Shown: one piece after another, positions 10,353 through 22,980 of the stretch | Layout of the letters: each line of letters begins with the position of its first letter | Numbering within the stretch: position 1 is the first letter of the stretch | From: Chthoniobacteraceae bacterium | GTDB lineage: Bacteria > Verrucomicrobiota > Verrucomicrobiia > Chthoniobacterales > Chthoniobacteraceae | Assembly (NCBI GenBank): GCA_037190965.1 | Contig: JBBCKI010000019.1 | Span: forward strand, 1-64,000 | Direction: 5' to 3' | DNA: 64,000 nucleotides | Program-made: the position numbers and the translations under genes | The notes under the pieces: generated by a model | Databases searched by the model: none | Told to the model about the DNA's origin: nothing | The model's input: only the letters and a program-made list of their open reading frames with translations

Positions 10353-11228
10353 CTACTCGATGTTCTGGATCTGCTCGCGGATTTTTTCCATCTCCGCCTT
10401 GCAACGCACGACAAGCTGCGAGATCTCCACGTCGTTCGCTTTTGCGCCCAGCGTGTTGAACTCGCGGGAGATTTCCTGCGTCATGAAATCGAGCGTGCGG
10501 CCCACCGGTTCCTCGCGGCGAAGATGATGGGCGAATTGCGCGAAGTGACTTTCGAGCCGGGTGAGTTCCTCGGTGATGTCGGATTTGTCGGCGAAGAAGA
10601 CCACCTCTTTGACGAGCCGCTCGTCGTCGACAACCAACTCCAGCCCTGCCTTTGAAATCCGCTCCTGCAAATTCAACCGATAGCGTGTCACCACGTGCGG
10701 CTGTTGATCGCGGATCTGGTGCAGCCATTCGCGCACGGTCTTGAGCCGGTGAATCAAATCCCGCGCGAGATTTTTCCCCTCATGCTCGCGCATGGCGACG
10801 AGTTCGCGCAGCGCCTCCTTGAGCGCCGTCTCGACGTGTGGCCACGCTTCTTCGAGGGTGATCTGCTCCTCGGGCACCCGCAGCACGCCCGGCGCGCGCA
10901 GCACGGTGTCGATGCTGATTTCACCCGCCGCGCCGATCTCCGCCTGCAAGTCGCGCATCGCGGCGTAGTAGACCCGGGCGAGCGCGGTGTCGATGGCCAC
11001 CTTTTGCGCGTTGGCGGAGTTGGTATGATAGGCCACCACCACGTTGAGCCGCCCCCGGGAGACGGAGGCGTTGATCAAGTCGCGCACACGCGGTTCCAGT
11101 TCCGCCAGTTCACGCGGGAGCGTGACGGTGACGTCGCTTTGTTTTCGATTTACCGAATTCAGTTCCACACTGAACTGGGTTCCGTTGGTGCCGCTCTGGC
11201 CCCGGCCATACCCGGTCATGCTTCTCAT
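10353..11228 (-). CDS. yicC: YicC/YloC family endoribonuclease
   Basis: Motifs MRSMTGYG, SVNRK, DITEELTRL, GRTLDF, REQIQNIE; adjacent to gmk. Confidence 0.92.
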   Translation of the reverse strand: MRSMTGYGRGQSGTNGTQFSVELNSVNRKQSDVTVTLPRELAELEPRVRDLINASVSRGRLNVVVAYHTNSANAQKVAIDTALARVYYAAMRDLQAEIGAAGEISIDTVLRAPGVLRVPEEQITLEEAWPHVETALKEALRELVAMREHEGKNLARDLIHRLKTVREWLHQIRDQQPHVVTRYRLNLQERISKAGLELVVDDERLVKEVVFFADKSDITEELTRLESHFAQFAHHLRREEPVGRTLDFMTQEISREFNTLGAKANDVEISQLVVRCKAEMEKIREQIQNIE

Positions 11229-11305
11229 CCGAGGCAGATTCGGGAATCGCGGTGCAAAATACAATTAGAAATCATGCGGACAATCAGTTACATCAACACG
11301 CTGCT

Positions 11306-13486
11306 ATGAGTACGCACTTGTCCCCGCTCGAGTCTCCGCCCCCCGTTTTGGTGACCCGGCCTCCCGCAGTCCCCAACGTATTGGAAGTGCGTCTGCTCAT
11401 GGCCGTCGTCTTCGGGTTGATCGGGATCGCCCTCGGTTCCATCGTTTCCCTGAGCGAGGTGGAAACGGCAACCTTCGGGACGTTCCTGACCGGGCAGATT
11501 CCCTGGGGAGAGGCTCTGGGATCGGTGCTGTTCTGGAAACTATTCGCCGGTTTTGCAGGCGGCGCAACTGCCGGATATTTCATTTCTTTCGAAATTCCCT
11601 GCGAGGACCTGCGCCGGAGCGTTTCCTTCAGCCGTGGGCTTGCCATTTTCCTCCTTGCGGTGGCGGTCTACATCCCGGCCATGTCCGCCGATTACCTTTG
11701 GGACGACGACCAGGAGATCACCGCCAACCCGTCGCTCAGGACGTCCTACGGCCTTTTTGAGATGTGGACGGGGGGAATCACCAACGAACCCGCTCCGGGG
11801 GCCAGCGACCCGCTGCTCGCGAAAATGGTCCGGCCTCCCTTGCAGTGGGTGGAGAAAATGATTTGGGGCGGCACGTGGGGACCGGAGGGACGTCCCAAGG
11901 CGCACGAAAGCGCGGACTATTTCCCGCTCAAGACCACGATGCTCTGGATCGAATATCAACTTTGGGGGTTGAATCCTTGCGGTTACCATGTCGTCAACAT
12001 CGTCCTCCATGCCTTCAACGCGGTCGTGCTCTGGTTGCTTCTGCGGCAGTTGAGCGTTCCGGGAGCCTGGCTGGGCGCGCTTCTTTTCGCGCTGCACCCG
12101 GTGCATGTCGAGTCGGTCGCCTGGATCGCAGAGCGTAAGAACACGCTCTCGCTGCTGTTTTATCTTCTCTCCATCCGCGATTGGCTTCGCTTTGAGGAGA
12201 CGGGCCGGCGGGGCTCCTATGTTTGGGCGCTCGGATTTTTCGCAGCCTCGGCGCTTTGCAAAACTTCCGTGGTCATGCTGCCCGTCGTGCTGCTTCTGAT
12301 CACCTGGTGGCGGACGGGGCAGATGCCCGGGATCGCTTTCTTGATGAGTTTGAAAACCGGCAAGATCAACTGGCGCGATATTGCCCGGTTCATTCCCTTT
12401 TTCGCCGTCGCCGGTCTGCTGGCCGCGATCACCATCTGGTTCCAGAACGGGCGCGCCATCGGCGATGAGGTGATTCCCATCGGCAATTTCTGGTCCCGCC
12501 TGGCCGGCGCTGGCATGGCTGTCTGGTGGTATCTGGGCAAGGCGATTTTGCCGTTGAACCTGACGACCATCTATCCGCGCTGGCCCATCGACCCTCCGCA
12601 AGCGATCCAGTTCGGCGCGGGAGCCTTGGTGCTGGCGTTCGCGTGGCTGCTTTGGGTCAAACGCCAGCAGTGGGGCCGGACACCCTTGTTCGTCTTCGGC
12701 TATTTCGTCGTGACGCTTTTCCCCGTCCTCGGGTTCTTCAAAATGTCGTACATGCGGCTCACGCTCGTGGCGGATCACTTTCAATACTTGAGCGATCTTT
12801 CCATCGTGGCGCTGGCGGGAGCCGGTGCCGCAATGGCCTGGGAGCGGTCCCGCAAAACCGCATTAAGGCCGGTGGTCTTTTCCGTATGTTGCTTGGTTGC
12901 CATTGCGTCTTTTGCGTATAGCTGGGTGCGCGCCGGGGTACATCTTACGCCCAAGACGCTCTGGACCGACGCGCTCAAGCACAATGACGATTCATGGCAG
13001 GCGCATAATCATTTCGGCGCGGTGACCTTCAGTGAAGCAAGGTTGCGCAATGGGGAGGTGGACGAGAAGAAAATGGCGGAAGCGATGAAGCACTTCTATC
13101 GCGCCGTACAACTCAAGCCCGATAACCCCGAAGTCCACAACAACTACGGGCTGACGCTCGCGCATTATGGCCGGTGGGACGAGGCGCTTGCCGAGTATCG
13201 CGAGGCGGTTCGGATCAAGGGTGAAGTACCCGCGATCCGGCAGAACTACATCGGGGCCTTGATGACGGTGGGGCGCTTCAATGACGCCATCGCTCAAATT
13301 GAAATCATGTTGAAAGACCACCCCTACGACCCGGGGGTCCGTGGTCTTTATGGGCAGGCCTTGATGCGGGCGGGGAGTTTCTCGGAAGCGCGGATCCAGC
13401 TTGAAAAGGCCCTGGAGCTCAATCCTGCCGACGGGACGGCGAGGCAGCTCCTGGAGCAGATCCGGAAGAAACACTCGCATTTTTAA
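11306..13486 (+). CDS. TMTC-like GT-C membrane glycosyltransferase with C-terminal TPR repeats
   Basis: Motifs WDD, YFPL, GYHVVNIVLH, FALHPVHVESVAWIAERKN, ADHFQY; TPR tail. Confidence 0.82.
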   Translation: MSTHLSPLESPPPVLVTRPPAVPNVLEVRLLMAVVFGLIGIALGSIVSLSEVETATFGTFLTGQIPWGEALGSVLFWKLFAGFAGGATAGYFISFEIPCEDLRRSVSFSRGLAIFLLAVAVYIPAMSADYLWDDDQEITANPSLRTSYGLFEMWTGGITNEPAPGASDPLLAKMVRPPLQWVEKMIWGGTWGPEGRPKAHESADYFPLKTTMLWIEYQLWGLNPCGYHVVNIVLHAFNAVVLWLLLRQLSVPGAWLGALLFALHPVHVESVAWIAERKNTLSLLFYLLSIRDWLRFEETGRRGSYVWALGFFAASALCKTSVVMLPVVLLLITWWRTGQMPGIAFLMSLKTGKINWRDIARFIPFFAVAGLLAAITIWFQNGRAIGDEVIPIGNFWSRLAGAGMAVWWYLGKAILPLNLTTIYPRWPIDPPQAIQFGAGALVLAFAWLLWVKRQQWGRTPLFVFGYFVVTLFPVLGFFKMSYMRLTLVADHFQYLSDLSIVALAGAGAAMAWERSRKTALRPVVFSVCCLVAIASFAYSWVRAGVHLTPKTLWTDALKHNDDSWQAHNHFGAVTFSEARLRNGEVDEKKMAEAMKHFYRAVQLKPDNPEVHNNYGLTLAHYGRWDEALAEYREAVRIKGEVPAIRQNYIGALMTVGRFNDAIAQIEIMLKDHPYDPGVRGLYGQALMRAGSFSEARIQLEKALELNPADGTARQLLEQIRKKHSHF

Positions 13487-13524
13487 GGACGAAGGATCGG
13501 CAAAGAAGTGGGCATTCGGCCGTT

Positions 13525-13685
13525 ACGGCGTCGCGGAGCTCCGCCCTCCGATACTCGTGCGGCAAGTGCGTGATTGGCGTGGAAGCGCCTTCCCTCCGGA
13601 GCTCCGCCCTCCGATACTCGCGCGGCAAGCGCGTGATCGGCGCGGAAGCGCCTTCCGGCCGGAGGGCGGAGCTCCGCGACGCCGT
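13525..13685. repeat. REPIN-like element, GGAG-tagged family, copy 1 (with internal 63 bp tandem duplication)
   Basis: Perfect 26 bp inverted repeat acggcgtcgcggagctccgccctccg (13525-13550 / 13660-13685); direct repeat units start at 13534 and 13597. Confidence 0.85.
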
Positions 13686-13708
13686 GGCCCGTTTCAAATT
13701 GAGAGCGC

Positions 13709-16105
13709 TCACCCCTCCTCGCGGTGCGTCATCGAAGCAACCAGGGCGACGAGTTTCTCCGGCTGGATCGGCTTCGCAAAATGGATCTGAAAACCGGCTT
13801 CCCTCGCACGCCGGGTATCTTCCGTCGTAGCAAAGGCGGTCAGAGCGATAGCCGGAATGGTAGCTCCCTTGCCGGGCTCTTTCCGGATGCGCTCCAGGAG
13901 CCGGTAGCCGTCCTCTCCCGGAAGACCGATATCGCTCAAGAGCAGGTCAGGCTTGTTCTGACGGAATTGATCGACCGCTTCTGGGGAGTTGGTGGCGGTA
14001 AATACTTCGGCTCCGGCGTCCGCAAAAATCTGCCGGAGCATCTTCAGTGTATCATTGTCATCGTCCACCACCAGCACGCGCACTTTCTCCAGCGAATCGG
14101 GGGGGCGCGCATGGGCGGGTAGCGAAGGCGTTTCATAGAGGAGTCTTTCCGGTATCTCTTCGCACGATTTCATCGCGGGGAGTTCCACCGTGAACGTCGT
14201 TCCCTTGCCTTCTCCTTCGCTTTCCGCTCGGATCGTGCCGCCATGCAACTCGACCAGATGCCGGGCGATGGCGAGCCCAAGCCCCATGCCGCCGAAACGG
14301 CGTGTACTGGAGCTATCCACCTGCATAAATCGGGTGAAAATATTGCCGAGATGCTCGGGCTTGATACCGATCCCATTGTCGATCACCTTGAGAATGACGC
14401 GATTCTCCATCTCCTTCAATTCGAGGATCACGCGGCCCCCATCCTGAGTGAATTTGATGGCGTTATTGAGCAGGTTGAGAACCACCTGCCGCAGTCGGTT
14501 CCAGTCGCCCGTCACGCAGATATTCTCTGCGGGAAGGCGGGTTTGCAGCTCAATCTGCCGGGCCTGGGCCGCCGGAGAGACGGCATCGATGGCCTCCGCG
14601 ATGACTGAATCGAAGTCGAGCGCGTCGCGGTTGAGCGTGATTTTCCCCTGAGTGATGCGGGAAATATCGAGAAGATCGTCCACGAGCTGACTTTCCGCCC
14701 AGGCATTTCGCTCCACGACGGCGAGTCCTTCGTGAAGTTCCGCCTCGCTTGGGTTGCGCTTGAGGAGGTTGATCCAGCCAAGGATCGCCGTCAGCGGAGT
14801 GCGGAGCTCATGGGAAAGCGTCGCAAGAAAGTCGTCCTTGAGTTTGTTGGCCTGCTCGGCCTCCGCACGCGCTGCCTGTTCGCGGGAGAGCAGGAGATCG
14901 CGCTCCTGTTCACGCTCCTTGAGTTGGCGCGTCATCGCATTAAAGGTGCTTGCCAGAAGACCGATCTCATCGCTCGATTCCACCGGCACTTTGGCGTCGA
15001 GATCGCCCGTCGCCACGCGAGAGGCCATGTGGGTGAGATGCCGAAGCGGATCGAACAGAACGCGGGAGTTCCAGAACGCCACCAGCGCCACGGCGGACGC
15101 AATTCCCGCCAGCAGCAGCAGCGCCTGCCGGGCCTGCATTCGCACCGGCAGCATGAAGGAACTGGTCGGGATCAAAAAAGAAACACGCCAGGGGAGATTT
15201 CGCATCGGCGCCGTCACGGAAGCCAGGTCTCCCTCGGTGAACTCCGAGCCGAAGGCCGCCTCTTTGATGGTGGGGTCGTCAAAGGCCACCGGGTTCCCAG
15301 GGTCACGGGGAATGCGTTGGATCTGGCTAAGCTCCTGCCGCTGATATTCCGGAAGCGGCGCGGCGAAATGAAACAGAAACTGGTCGGCCTTCTGCCGTGA
15401 CTGGCCATACGCGAGAATGAGATTATTATCATCGAGCAGCACCGCGAAGGATTGAGGCCCCGCCAGCCCGGTTGTGCCCACGATGATTTGCTGGAGCACC
15501 CGCGCGCTGTAAAGCGTGCGAAGAACACCGACGATTCTTCCCCTATCCATCACCGGCGCGCTCAAGGCGATGAAAGGGTTGCCCGTTTTCGGACTGAAAA
15601 TGACCGGCGAGAAGGAGGGAAGCCCGGTTTCCATCGTATTGCGGAAGAAACTCGTTTTGGATTCGTCGTCGCTGGTAATCCTGGGGTTGGTGTCGAGGAT
15701 GTTCTTCCCGTGAATGTCGAGCAGCGCGGTGGAGACGATGAAAATCGGGTCCTGGCGGTTCATCGAACGCAGGCTCTCCAGGGTTTCGCGGGCGGATTCC
15801 GCTTTGGGAGAAAGCAGGAAATTGGTGAGCATCGGAAGTTTCGCCTCGATCCCGATGCTGGTCAGTTTTGCGGAGACGAAAGCATCCAGATTGAGGGCGG
15901 TTTCAGACGCTGCCGAGGCCAGCGATTGAGAGGCGGCTTGCTTCAGCGATCGGCTGGTCGTCCGATAGTTCAAGAACGTCATCAGGCTCAACGGAGCCAG
16001 TGAAAGCAGGAGCAGCATTACCATTACCTTCAGCCTGAGGCTCGGGGCACGGCGATTGAGCAGATCGCCGCCGGGGATTCTGGAGGCATCGCTGAACTTG
16101 GTCAT
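13709..16105 (-). CDS. Hybrid sensor histidine kinase (Cache-like periplasmic domain, HAMP, HisKA, HATPase, REC)
   Basis: Two TM helices; motifs [37 protein letters not shown]; receiver VDDD..SDIGLP. Confidence 0.93.
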   Translation of the reverse strand: MTKFSDASRIPGGDLLNRRAPSLRLKVMVMLLLLSLAPLSLMTFLNYRTTSRSLKQAASQSLASAASETALNLDAFVSAKLTSIGIEAKLPMLTNFLLSPKAESARETLESLRSMNRQDPIFIVSTALLDIHGKNILDTNPRITSDDESKTSFFRNTMETGLPSFSPVIFSPKTGNPFIALSAPVMDRGRIVGVLRTLYSARVLQQIIVGTTGLAGPQSFAVLLDDNNLILAYGQSRQKADQFLFHFAAPLPEYQRQELSQIQRIPRDPGNPVAFDDPTIKEAAFGSEFTEGDLASVTAPMRNLPWRVSFLIPTSSFMLPVRMQARQALLLLAGIASAVALVAFWNSRVLFDPLRHLTHMASRVATGDLDAKVPVESSDEIGLLASTFNAMTRQLKEREQERDLLLSREQAARAEAEQANKLKDDFLATLSHELRTPLTAILGWINLLKRNPSEAELHEGLAVVERNAWAESQLVDDLLDISRITQGKITLNRDALDFDSVIAEAIDAVSPAAQARQIELQTRLPAENICVTGDWNRLRQVVLNLLNNAIKFTQDGGRVILELKEMENRVILKVIDNGIGIKPEHLGNIFTRFMQVDSSSTRRFGGMGLGLAIARHLVELHGGTIRAESEGEGKGTTFTVELPAMKSCEEIPERLLYETPSLPAHARPPDSLEKVRVLVVDDDNDTLKMLRQIFADAGAEVFTATNSPEAVDQFRQNKPDLLLSDIGLPGEDGYRLLERIRKEPGKGATIPAIALTAFATTEDTRRAREAGFQIHFAKPIQPEKLVALVASMTHREEG

Positions 16106-16123
16106 GAATTTTGGAGGCGATAA

Positions 16124-17629
16124 CTATTGGTGCAACGTTGCCAACATGGCTGCCCTTTCCATGGCCCTTGCCGTTTCTTCCGCATTTTGCTGGCCGGTGG
16201 TCATCTGTCCAAGTTCCACGGCGAAGTTGTCCACAGCGAGGGTGGTGAACCCCGGTAACCGGGGGTCGGTACCCATTCGGTGCCGGATGGCGTCAAGAGT
16301 GACGGCGAAGTGACGCGTCACGCCATTGGCCCCCGCCTGTTTGAGGATCCGGGGATCCTGGTAATTGCTGAGGCGGATCGGATTGGCTCCGCCCATCAGG
16401 CAACTGCGCGTGGTGATCTCCCGGCTGGTAGCCCATTGGATGAAGATCCACGCGGCATCGCGGTTTTTGCTATAGCGCGAGATGCAAAGAGCCCCGCCAT
16501 GTTGGCGGCTGATACCCGGGATTTCCGAGAATCCGCATTCTTTTGCCGGGCGCAACGACGTCTCCAGAGGGCAGGGGGCGGCCTCTGCCAGCCCGGGGAT
16601 TTGGGAGTCCTTCGGGTCATCGAACATGGAGAACCACTCGCCCACCTGAAACATGATGGCAGCCTCGCCTCGTGCGAAACTCCGCGCTTCGCCAGCCCAA
16701 TCCCAAGTTGTTACAGCCGGAGGCATGTATTGGGAAAGTTCGTTCATATAATTCAAGGCGGCAACAGCGTTGTCGTCGCCCACCGCGGGGCTGCCATCCG
16801 CAAGAAAGATCGAGCCGCCATGAGCCCAGAGATAGCTGACAAAATCGGCATACAGGGAGATGTTGCCCGACTTCCACATCCCTGTGGTGCCATGGATGCG
16901 CGGGCTCAGTTCCCGATCGATGCGCCGGACGATTTGCAGGTATTCCGGCATGGTGCGAGGCAACGGCAACCCGAGTTTTTCGAAAATATCGCGCCGGTAG
17001 ATCATGATCTGGATGAGAATGTCGAAAGGGATCCCGACGAGTTGCCCTTTGAAAGTCGACATTGCATGGATCAGTTCCGGAAGAATATCGGAAAATTGGT
17101 AGCCCGGGTAGGCGAGATCGGACTGTTGGAGCAGCATTCCGATGTCGACCAGATCATTGGCAAACCGCGCAATCCATTGTTGATCCACGTAAAAGACATC
17201 ATGCTTGCCGACCTTTCGGGCCGTATCCGAACTCATTTTGGAGAGAAGCCGGTCAAGCGGCAGGAGTTCCCAGTCCAACCTGATGCCGGTCATCCGCGCA
17301 AACTCTTCCATCGCGAAGTTTCGGATGATGTAAGAGGGAGAGGTCGCTTCGCTGATGATATGGAGTGTGGTCCCCGCAAAACGGCGGCACGCCTCCTTGA
17401 AAAATTGCTGTTGTTCTTGCCGTTGGAGGGGGGAATCCGGTCCGACATCGTTCTTGATGTCGGCCAAAGGTAGGGACATCCCGCGCGGTCGTGTGCAGCT
17501 TGAAGCCATGTAGGCGCCGAACCCGGTGAGGATCGCCCGGCGGACAAACTCCCGGCGAGTGATTCGCCCCAGATGCCATTTGTCCACCGCTTCCGCGAAG
17601 CTGAGCCGCCGTCGCTGTTCCTCATCCAT
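16124..17629 (-). CDS. Sugar-type extracellular solute-binding protein with Tat/lipoprotein-like signal
   Basis: TRREFVRR...ASSC signal; SBP_bac_1-like motifs (GIPF, YRRDIFEKLGL, SKNRDAAWIFIQW). Confidence 0.82.
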   Translation of the reverse strand: MDEEQRRRLSFAEAVDKWHLGRITRREFVRRAILTGFGAYMASSCTRPRGMSLPLADIKNDVGPDSPLQRQEQQQFFKEACRRFAGTTLHIISEATSPSYIIRNFAMEEFARMTGIRLDWELLPLDRLLSKMSSDTARKVGKHDVFYVDQQWIARFANDLVDIGMLLQQSDLAYPGYQFSDILPELIHAMSTFKGQLVGIPFDILIQIMIYRRDIFEKLGLPLPRTMPEYLQIVRRIDRELSPRIHGTTGMWKSGNISLYADFVSYLWAHGGSIFLADGSPAVGDDNAVAALNYMNELSQYMPPAVTTWDWAGEARSFARGEAAIMFQVGEWFSMFDDPKDSQIPGLAEAAPCPLETSLRPAKECGFSEIPGISRQHGGALCISRYSKNRDAAWIFIQWATSREITTRSCLMGGANPIRLSNYQDPRILKQAGANGVTRHFAVTLDAIRHRMGTDPRLPGFTTLAVDNFAVELGQMTTGQQNAEETARAMERAAMLATLHQ

Positions 17630-17769
17630 GCAATGGTTTTCTTCGTTTCAAAGAGTCCAAGATGTTGTGGAAACGGACGTTATCATTACAGGGCTTCACC
17701 ATCAAGAGCGGCGAGGAGGGGGGAAGCGGATTGACGCCGTCGCCAAATCCGTTATCCTCGGCATCCTAA

Positions 17770-19875
<2,106 letters not shown>

Positions 19876-19904
19876 TCGGGCAAAATAGCGGGCCTGTGGC
19901 CGTG

Positions 19905-19997
19905 GCGGCGTCGTGGAACTCCTCCCTCCGACGACCGCGCGGCAAGCGCGCGCGGGACGTGGGCTCCTCCCCGGAGGGCGGAGCTCCGCGACGCCGT
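19905..19997. repeat. REPIN-like element, GGAG-tagged family, copy 2
   Basis: Right arm identical to 13660-13685; left arm degenerate; shared inner cgcgcggcaagcgcg hairpin. Confidence 0.85.
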
Positions 19998-20007
19998 GGT
20001 ATTGCGG

Positions 20008-21258
20008 CTATTCGCGCACCGTCACTTCCGAAGGCAGGCGTACGGTAAACTCGCTGCCGCAACCCAACTGGCTTTCGACGGTGATGTCGCCGCCCATCAT
20101 CCTGCAAAATTTGCGGCTGATCGCGAGCCCGAGCCCCGTGCCTCCGAATCGCCGCATGGTCGAAGTTTCCGCCTGGCTGAACTCCTGAAAGAGACGGCCA
20201 ATCTGCTCTTCGGTCATGCCGATCCCGGTGTCGCGCACGCGGAAGATGATCCACGCTTCCCCGTTCGTCTCCTCGCGCAACGCATGGAGCGTGAGCATTC
20301 CTTTTTCGGTGAACTTGGAGGCGTTGCTCAGCAGATTGAAAAGCGTCTGGCGCACCTTCGTCATGTCGGCCTTCATTGAGCCGAGATCCGGCGCGCAATG
20401 CAGTTCGAGGTGATTGGCGTTTTTCTGGACCAGCGGCTGGATCGTATCGGCGACTTCGCGGATGGTATTGACGACCGGGAAGGACTCCAAATGAAGCGTC
20501 ATCTTGCCTGCCTCGATTTTTGAGAGATCGAGAATGTCGTTGATGAGCCCCAGCAGATGCTTGCCCGCGGAGCGGATCTTCTCCAGATCGTTCACCGTCT
20601 CCGTCTGCTCCAGGTCCTGCGCGTCTTCGATCAGCATTTCGCTGTAACCGATGATGGCATTCATCGGCGTGCGTAACTCGTGGCTCATGTTGGCGAGAAA
20701 GGAACTTTTGGCCCGGTTCGCGGACTCCGCCATTTCCTTCGCGAGTCGAAGCTGGTTCTGCAATTCCAGCGCTTCCGCGAGATTCAGTTCCCGCTCGACG
20801 ATCGCCGCCAGATCGCGAAGGGTGGCGAGGTCGGATTCCGTGAATTCATGCGGAATGCGATCCGCGACGCAAAAGGTTCCAACGGGGAAACCGCCCGGTC
20901 CTTTCAAGGGTTGCCCTGCGTAGAAGCGGATATGCGGTTCGCCCGTCACCTGCGGGTTGTCTGCAAAGCGTGCGTCTTTGTGCGTGTCCGGGATGATGAG
21001 CGTGTCGTTCTTCATCACCGTATGCCCGCAGAAGGAAATATCGCGGGAAGTTTCAGGGACGGGGAGCCCGATCGCCGACTTGAACCATTGCCGGTTGGCA
21101 TCGACGAGGGCGATATAGGCAATCGGCATTCCAAAAAGCCGCCTGGCGATAAGGGTAATCCGGTCGAAGCGTTCTTCGGCCGGGGTATCCATCATGTGGA
21201 GCTCGTGCAACGAGCAGAGCCTTTGCGGCTCGTTGTCTGGAATGGCGGGCGTTTCCAT
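20008..21258 (-). CDS. Cytoplasmic GAF-sensor histidine kinase
   Basis: GAF motifs ([22 protein letters not shown]), [20 protein letters not shown]. Confidence 0.92.
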   Translation of the reverse strand: METPAIPDNEPQRLCSLHELHMMDTPAEERFDRITLIARRLFGMPIAYIALVDANRQWFKSAIGLPVPETSRDISFCGHTVMKNDTLIIPDTHKDARFADNPQVTGEPHIRFYAGQPLKGPGGFPVGTFCVADRIPHEFTESDLATLRDLAAIVERELNLAEALELQNQLRLAKEMAESANRAKSSFLANMSHELRTPMNAIIGYSEMLIEDAQDLEQTETVNDLEKIRSAGKHLLGLINDILDLSKIEAGKMTLHLESFPVVNTIREVADTIQPLVQKNANHLELHCAPDLGSMKADMTKVRQTLFNLLSNASKFTEKGMLTLHALREETNGEAWIIFRVRDTGIGMTEEQIGRLFQEFSQAETSTMRRFGGTGLGLAISRKFCRMMGGDITVESQLGCGSEFTVRLPSEVTVRE

Positions 21259-21260
21259 GG

Positions 21261-22400
21261 TTAGTGATCTTCGTAGAGGAAGTCGACATTGAGCGGGGTA
21301 GCGATTTCCTTGCCGCTTTCAGAGAGCAGCATCACCCTGCCATTACCCGGCGTGATTTTTTTAACCCGGTCGAAGCCCTTTGGAATCGGAGCCACGGCCA
21401 TGATGTTGTTGACGGAAAGCGGCTTTCCGGCTCGTAGGGAAAGGGTGGTTGCATAGCCTTCCTTGTTGACCGGGTTGGCTTTCGCCGATTCCGCGAGTCC
21501 ATAGTGGAAGTAAGAGGTAACCTCCTCCAGCCCCATGACGTTGACGTGCCTTCCATTCCACGGCGCATAGTGCCGTCCGCCGTTGGAAATCCAAAAGACG
21601 GTGCTTCGCAGCACGCGTGGGTCCTTGAGGGAGAACCAGACATAGCCTTCTTTTGGAAAGCTCACCGCCGTCCATGCGAAATTGGGCCGGGCTTCGTGAA
21701 CCAGCATCACCAAATCCTCAAAGCCGCGCCGCGCCGGATAGCGGGTGAGATCGGCGGTCCCACCAAAGGCGGATGGGACCTTGTCCAGCCGCGTGAATCG
21801 TGCTCCCGTTTTGAGGCTCTGGTAGCCGCGTTGCGCGGGTTCCTCAAACGTCACCGGCGCGACCTGCCCATACTTGATGCGGCTGGTGCTGATGAGGCCC
21901 GCGCCGGGTTCATCGGGAAAGCGAAGCATCGCGTGATGCCCGAGGTTCATTTTTCCTCTCATCCCGGAGAGGCGATGCCGACTATAGATTGCCGTCTCGC
22001 CGTTGCGAAGGGTGATCGATTTGTCCACCCTAACCGGGCGAATCGTGGTATTCAGTGAGAGATGGAGCGTGGAGCCGGAGCTGTCTTTCTCGAGCGATTC
22101 GAATGTCCATGCGTTTTCCGCCGTCTCGCCGTGGGCCGGATGCGCCTCGCCCCGGTAGGGAGTCGCGTTGCCACCGAATGGCATGCAGAAAAAATCGCCC
22201 CGCAGGGTATGGAGCATCGCGGGTACGCCCGGCTCCCGGGGTTCCTCCGCCCAAGGCGCGACGGAAAAGGGTTCCACCATCCCGCCGGGCAGACAGAAGC
22301 GAACCGGGGCGAGCTGGCCGCCTACTTGGGTGACGGCGGCCTCCACGGTGTCCGATGAAAACTTCCACGACGGCTGGCCTGACAGATTCGTTGGCTTCAT
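21261..22400 (-). CDS. Hypothetical protein, possibly galactose mutarotase-like fold
   Basis: [16 protein letters not shown] and NLGHH resemble aldose-epimerase-like motifs. Confidence 0.6.
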   Translation of the reverse strand: MKPTNLSGQPSWKFSSDTVEAAVTQVGGQLAPVRFCLPGGMVEPFSVAPWAEEPREPGVPAMLHTLRGDFFCMPFGGNATPYRGEAHPAHGETAENAWTFESLEKDSSGSTLHLSLNTTIRPVRVDKSITLRNGETAIYSRHRLSGMRGKMNLGHHAMLRFPDEPGAGLISTSRIKYGQVAPVTFEEPAQRGYQSLKTGARFTRLDKVPSAFGGTADLTRYPARRGFEDLVMLVHEARPNFAWTAVSFPKEGYVWFSLKDPRVLRSTVFWISNGGRHYAPWNGRHVNVMGLEEVTSYFHYGLAESAKANPVNKEGYATTLSLRAGKPLSVNNIMAVAPIPKGFDRVKKITPGNGRVMLLSESGKEIATPLNVDFLYEDH

Positions 22401-22512
22401 AAAAGGGATGAGCAGCGAGTTAGGGGGAGGATTGCAATTGTCCCCCCGGTGCGGCACGGTGCAAGATCAATCGCTCTTGTTAAAGAACGAGAACGCTCTC
22501 CAGTCAATCTCC

Positions 22513-22974
22513 ATGAAATCCCGCACCGCCGCTAACCCGAGTGATCCAACGGCCGCCGCCCTGGCGGAGGTGCGCGCGGTCTATATCGAACTGGCGGCGC
22601 GGCCGATTGAGAGGAATTGCACGCTGGAGACGGAATGCTGCCAGTTCAAGCTCACCGGGCTGACGCCCTATCTCACCAAGGGAGAGGCGCTTATGGCGGC
22701 GCGAGGGGTGCGCGCCTCGGGTCGCAAGGATCTACCAAAACGAAGCGACGGCGCTTGCCCGCTCCTGCATCCCAGGACCGGAAAATGCACCATCTACAAC
22801 GACCGTCCTTTCGGCTGCCGCACCCATTTTTGCCGCGCCGCCGGAGGGCCATACGCGCGCGGTGAGGTGGTCGATCTCATCCGGCGTCTGGAAAAGGTGG
22901 ACGCAACGCTTGGAGGCGACGGCGCAAGGGCGCTGCCGGGGGCCGTGGCGGCGGCGTTGGATGAAATGCGGTGA
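22513..22974 (+). CDS. YkgJ-family CxxCxxCC cysteine-cluster protein
   Basis: CTLETECC, CPLL, CTIYNDRPFGCR. Confidence 0.85.
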   Translation: MKSRTAANPSDPTAAALAEVRAVYIELAARPIERNCTLETECCQFKLTGLTPYLTKGEALMAARGVRASGRKDLPKRSDGACPLLHPRTGKCTIYNDRPFGCRTHFCRAAGGPYARGEVVDLIRRLEKVDATLGGDGARALPGAVAAALDEMR

Positions 22975-22980
22975 GATGGG

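Noticed and set aside
13534..13660. Possible mini-CRISPR array
   Set aside because: The 'spacers' are near-identical to each other, the ends are inverted repeats, and there are no cas genes; it fits a REP element.
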